Shown: piece by piece, positions 61,201 to 64,000 of the stretch
Position numbering within the stretch: position 1 is the first letter of the stretch
Layout of the letters: every line of letters begins with the position of its first letter
Assembly (NCBI GenBank): GCA_964016885.1
Contig: OZ024743.1
Location: forward strand, 333,064,001-333,128,000
Direction of reading: 5' to 3'
Length of the DNA stretch: 64,000 bases
Source of the DNA: Eledone cirrhosa
Lineage: Eukaryota
The notes under the pieces: model-generated
Told to the model about the DNA's origin: nothing
What the model saw: only the letters and a program-made list of their open reading frames with translations
Database searches by the model: none
Translations under genes and position numbers: made by a program

Positions 61201-64000
61201 AGCTGTCGAGACACTGCATCCTTTAAAACCTCCATGGAACAAACTACCTACATCAGTTGTTAGCTGTTGAAACACTGCTTCCTTTAAAACCTCCATGGAA
61301 CAAACTACCTACATCAGTTGTTAGCTGTTGAGACACTGCTTCCTTTAAAACCTCCATGGAACAAACTACCTGCATCAGTAGTTAGCTGTCGAGACACTGC
61401 ATCCTTTAAAACCTCCATGGAACAAACTGCCTGATTCAGTTGTTAGCTGTCGAGACACTGCATCCTTTAAAACCTCCATGGAACAAACTACCTACATCAG
61501 TTGTTAGCTGTCGAGACACTGCATCCTTTAAAACCTCCATGGAACAAACTACCTGCATCAGTTGTTAGCTGTCGAGACACTGCATCCTTTAAAACCTCCA
61601 TGGAACAAACTACCTGAGCTGTCGAGACACTGCATCCTTTAAAACCTCCATGGAACAAACTACCTGCATCAGTTGTTAGCTGTCGAGACACTGCATCCTT
61701 TAAAACCTCCATGGAACAAACTACCTGCATCAGTTGTTAGCTGTCGAAACACTGCATCCTTTAAAACCTCCATGGAACAAACTACCTGAATCAGTTGTTA
61801 GCTGTCGAGACACTGCATCCTTTAAAACCTCCATGGAACAAACTACCTGCATCAGTTGTTAGCTGTCGAGACACTGCATCCTTTAAAACCTCCATGGAAC
61901 AAACTACCTACATCAGTAGTTAGCTGTCGAGACACTGCATCCTTTAAAACCTCCATGGAACAAACTGCCTGTATCAGTTGTTAGCTGTCGAGACACTGCA
62001 TCCTTTAAAACCTCCATCGAACAAACTACCTACATCAGTTGTTAGCTGTCGAGACACTGCATCCTTTAAAACCTCCATGGAACAAACTACCTGCATCAGT
62101 TGTTAGCTGTCGAGACACTGCATCCTTTAAAACCTCCATGGAACAAACTACCTGCATCTGTTGTTAGCTGTCGAGACACTGCATCCTTTAAAACCTCCAT
62201 GGAACAAACTACCTGCATCAGTTGTTAGCTGTCGAGACACTGCATCCTTTAAAACCTCCATGGATCAAACTACCTGCAACAGTTGCTAGCTATCGAGACA
62301 CTGCATCCTTTAAAACCTCCATGGAACAAACTACCTACATCAGTTGTTAGCTGTCGAGACACTGCAACCTTTAAAACCTCCATGGAACAAACTACCTACA
62401 TCAGTTGTTAGCTGTCGAGACACTGCATCCTTTAAAACCTCCATGGAACAAACTACCTACATCAGTTGTTAGCTGTTGAGACACTGCTTCCTTTAAAACC
62501 TCCATGGAACAAACTACCTGCATCAGTTGTTAGCTGTCGAGACACTGCATCCTTTAAAACCTCCATGGAACAAACTACCTGAATCAGTTGTTAGCTGTCG
62601 AGACACTGCTTCCTTTAAAACCTCCATGGAACAAACTACCTGCATCAGTTGTTAGCTGTTGAGACACTACATCCTTTAAAACCTCCATGGAACAAACTAC
62701 CTGCATCAGTTGTTAGCTGTCGAGACACTGCTTCCTTTAAAACCTCCATGGAACAAACTACCTGCATCAGTTGTTAGCTGTCGAGACACTGCATCCTTTA
62801 AAACCTCCATGGAACAAACTACCTGCATCAGTTGTTAGCTGTCGAGACACTGCATCCTTTAAAACCTCCATGGAACAAACTACCTGCATCAGTTGTTAGC
62901 TGTCGAGACACTGCATCCTTTTAAACCTCCATGGAACAAACTACCTGCAACAGTTGCTAGCTGTCGAGACACTGCATCCTTTAAAACCTCCATGGAACAA
63001 ACTACCTGCATCAGTTGCTAGCTGTCGAGGCACTGCATCCTTTAAAACCTCCATGGAACAAACTACCTACATCAGTTGGTAGCTGTCGAGACACTGCTTC
63101 CTTTAAAACCTCCATGGAACAAACTACCTGCATCAGTTGTCAGCTGTCGAGACACTGCATCCTTTAAAACCTCCATGGAACAAATTACCTGCATCAGTTG
63201 TTAGCTGTCGAGACACTGTATCCTTTAAAACCTCCATGGAACAAACTACCTGCATCAGTTGTTAGCTGTCATGACACTGCATCCTTTAAAACCTCCATGG
63301 AACAAACTACCTGCATCAGTTGTTAGCTGTCGAGACACTGCATCCTTTAAAACCTCCATGGAACAAACTACCTGCATCAGTTGTTAGCTGTCGAGACACT
63401 GCATCCTTTAAAACCTCCATGGATCAAACTACCTGCAACAGTTGCTAGCTGTCGAGACACTGCATCCGTTAAAACCTCCATGGAACAAACTACCTACATC
63501 AGTTGTTAGCTGTCGAGACACTGCATCCTTTAAAACCTCCATGGAACAAACTACCTACATCAGTTGTTAGCTGTTGAAACACTGCTTCCTTTAAAACCTC
63601 CATGGAACAAACTACCTACATCAGTTGTTAGCTGTTGAGACACTGCTTCCTTTAAAACCTCCATGGAACAAACTACCTGCATCAGTAGTTAGCTGTCGAG
63701 ACACTGCATCCTTTAAAACCTCCATGGAACAAACTGCCTGATTCAGTTGTTAGCTGTCGAGACACTGCATCCTTTAAAACCTCCATGGAACAAACTACCT
63801 ACATCAGTTGTTAGCTGTCGAGACACTGCATCCTTTAAAACCTCCATGGAACAAACTACCTGCATCAGTTGTTAGCTGTCGAGACACTGCATCCTTTAAA
63901 ACCTCCATGGAACAAACTACCTGAGCTGTCGAGACACTGCATCCTTTAAAACCTCCATGGAACAAACTACCTGCATCAGTTGTTAGCTGTCGAGACACTG
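34209..64000 (+). repeat. 61-bp satellite array (~488 copies, continues beyond the window) with higher-order structure
   Basis: Monomer tggaacaaactacctgcatcagttgttagctgtcgagacactgcatcctttaaaacctcca; period 61 (34210 to 34271); no insertions or inversions seen. Confidence 0.98.

Noticed and set aside
34209-64000. CRISPR array interpretation of the regular repeat
   Set aside because: Monomers are contiguous with no unique spacers, there are no cas genes, and the context is eukaryotic

Overview
Eukaryotic, AT-rich, repeat-dense genomic DNA. The SINE/LINE families suggest an octopod cephalopod; this is inferred from recalled repeat motifs, not a database search. The left ~34 kb holds one clear host gene, the large first coding exon of DNAAF2/kintoun (minus strand, 11771-13507), with an RFX X-box/ETS-like promoter. 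It sits among RTE-clade LINEs (one near full length but frameshifted, with a PHD finger inside the RT region), tRNA-derived SINEs, MITEs and Helitron pieces. Between 26.6 and 31 kb is a dense cluster of minimal type-I hammerhead-ribozyme motifs from four unrelated repeat families, three of them in tandem or inverted copies. One is a ~424-nt tandem unit resembling a non-LTR retrozyme or Penelope-like pseudo-LTR. The right ~30 kb (34209 to the window end) is a homogeneous 61-bp satellite (~488 copies) with higher-order repeats. Its monomer translates as the conserved C-terminal ORF2 motif of a CR1/L2-group LINE, and the parent LINE remnant is still attached at the array edge. Repeat boundaries are read by eye and approximate.
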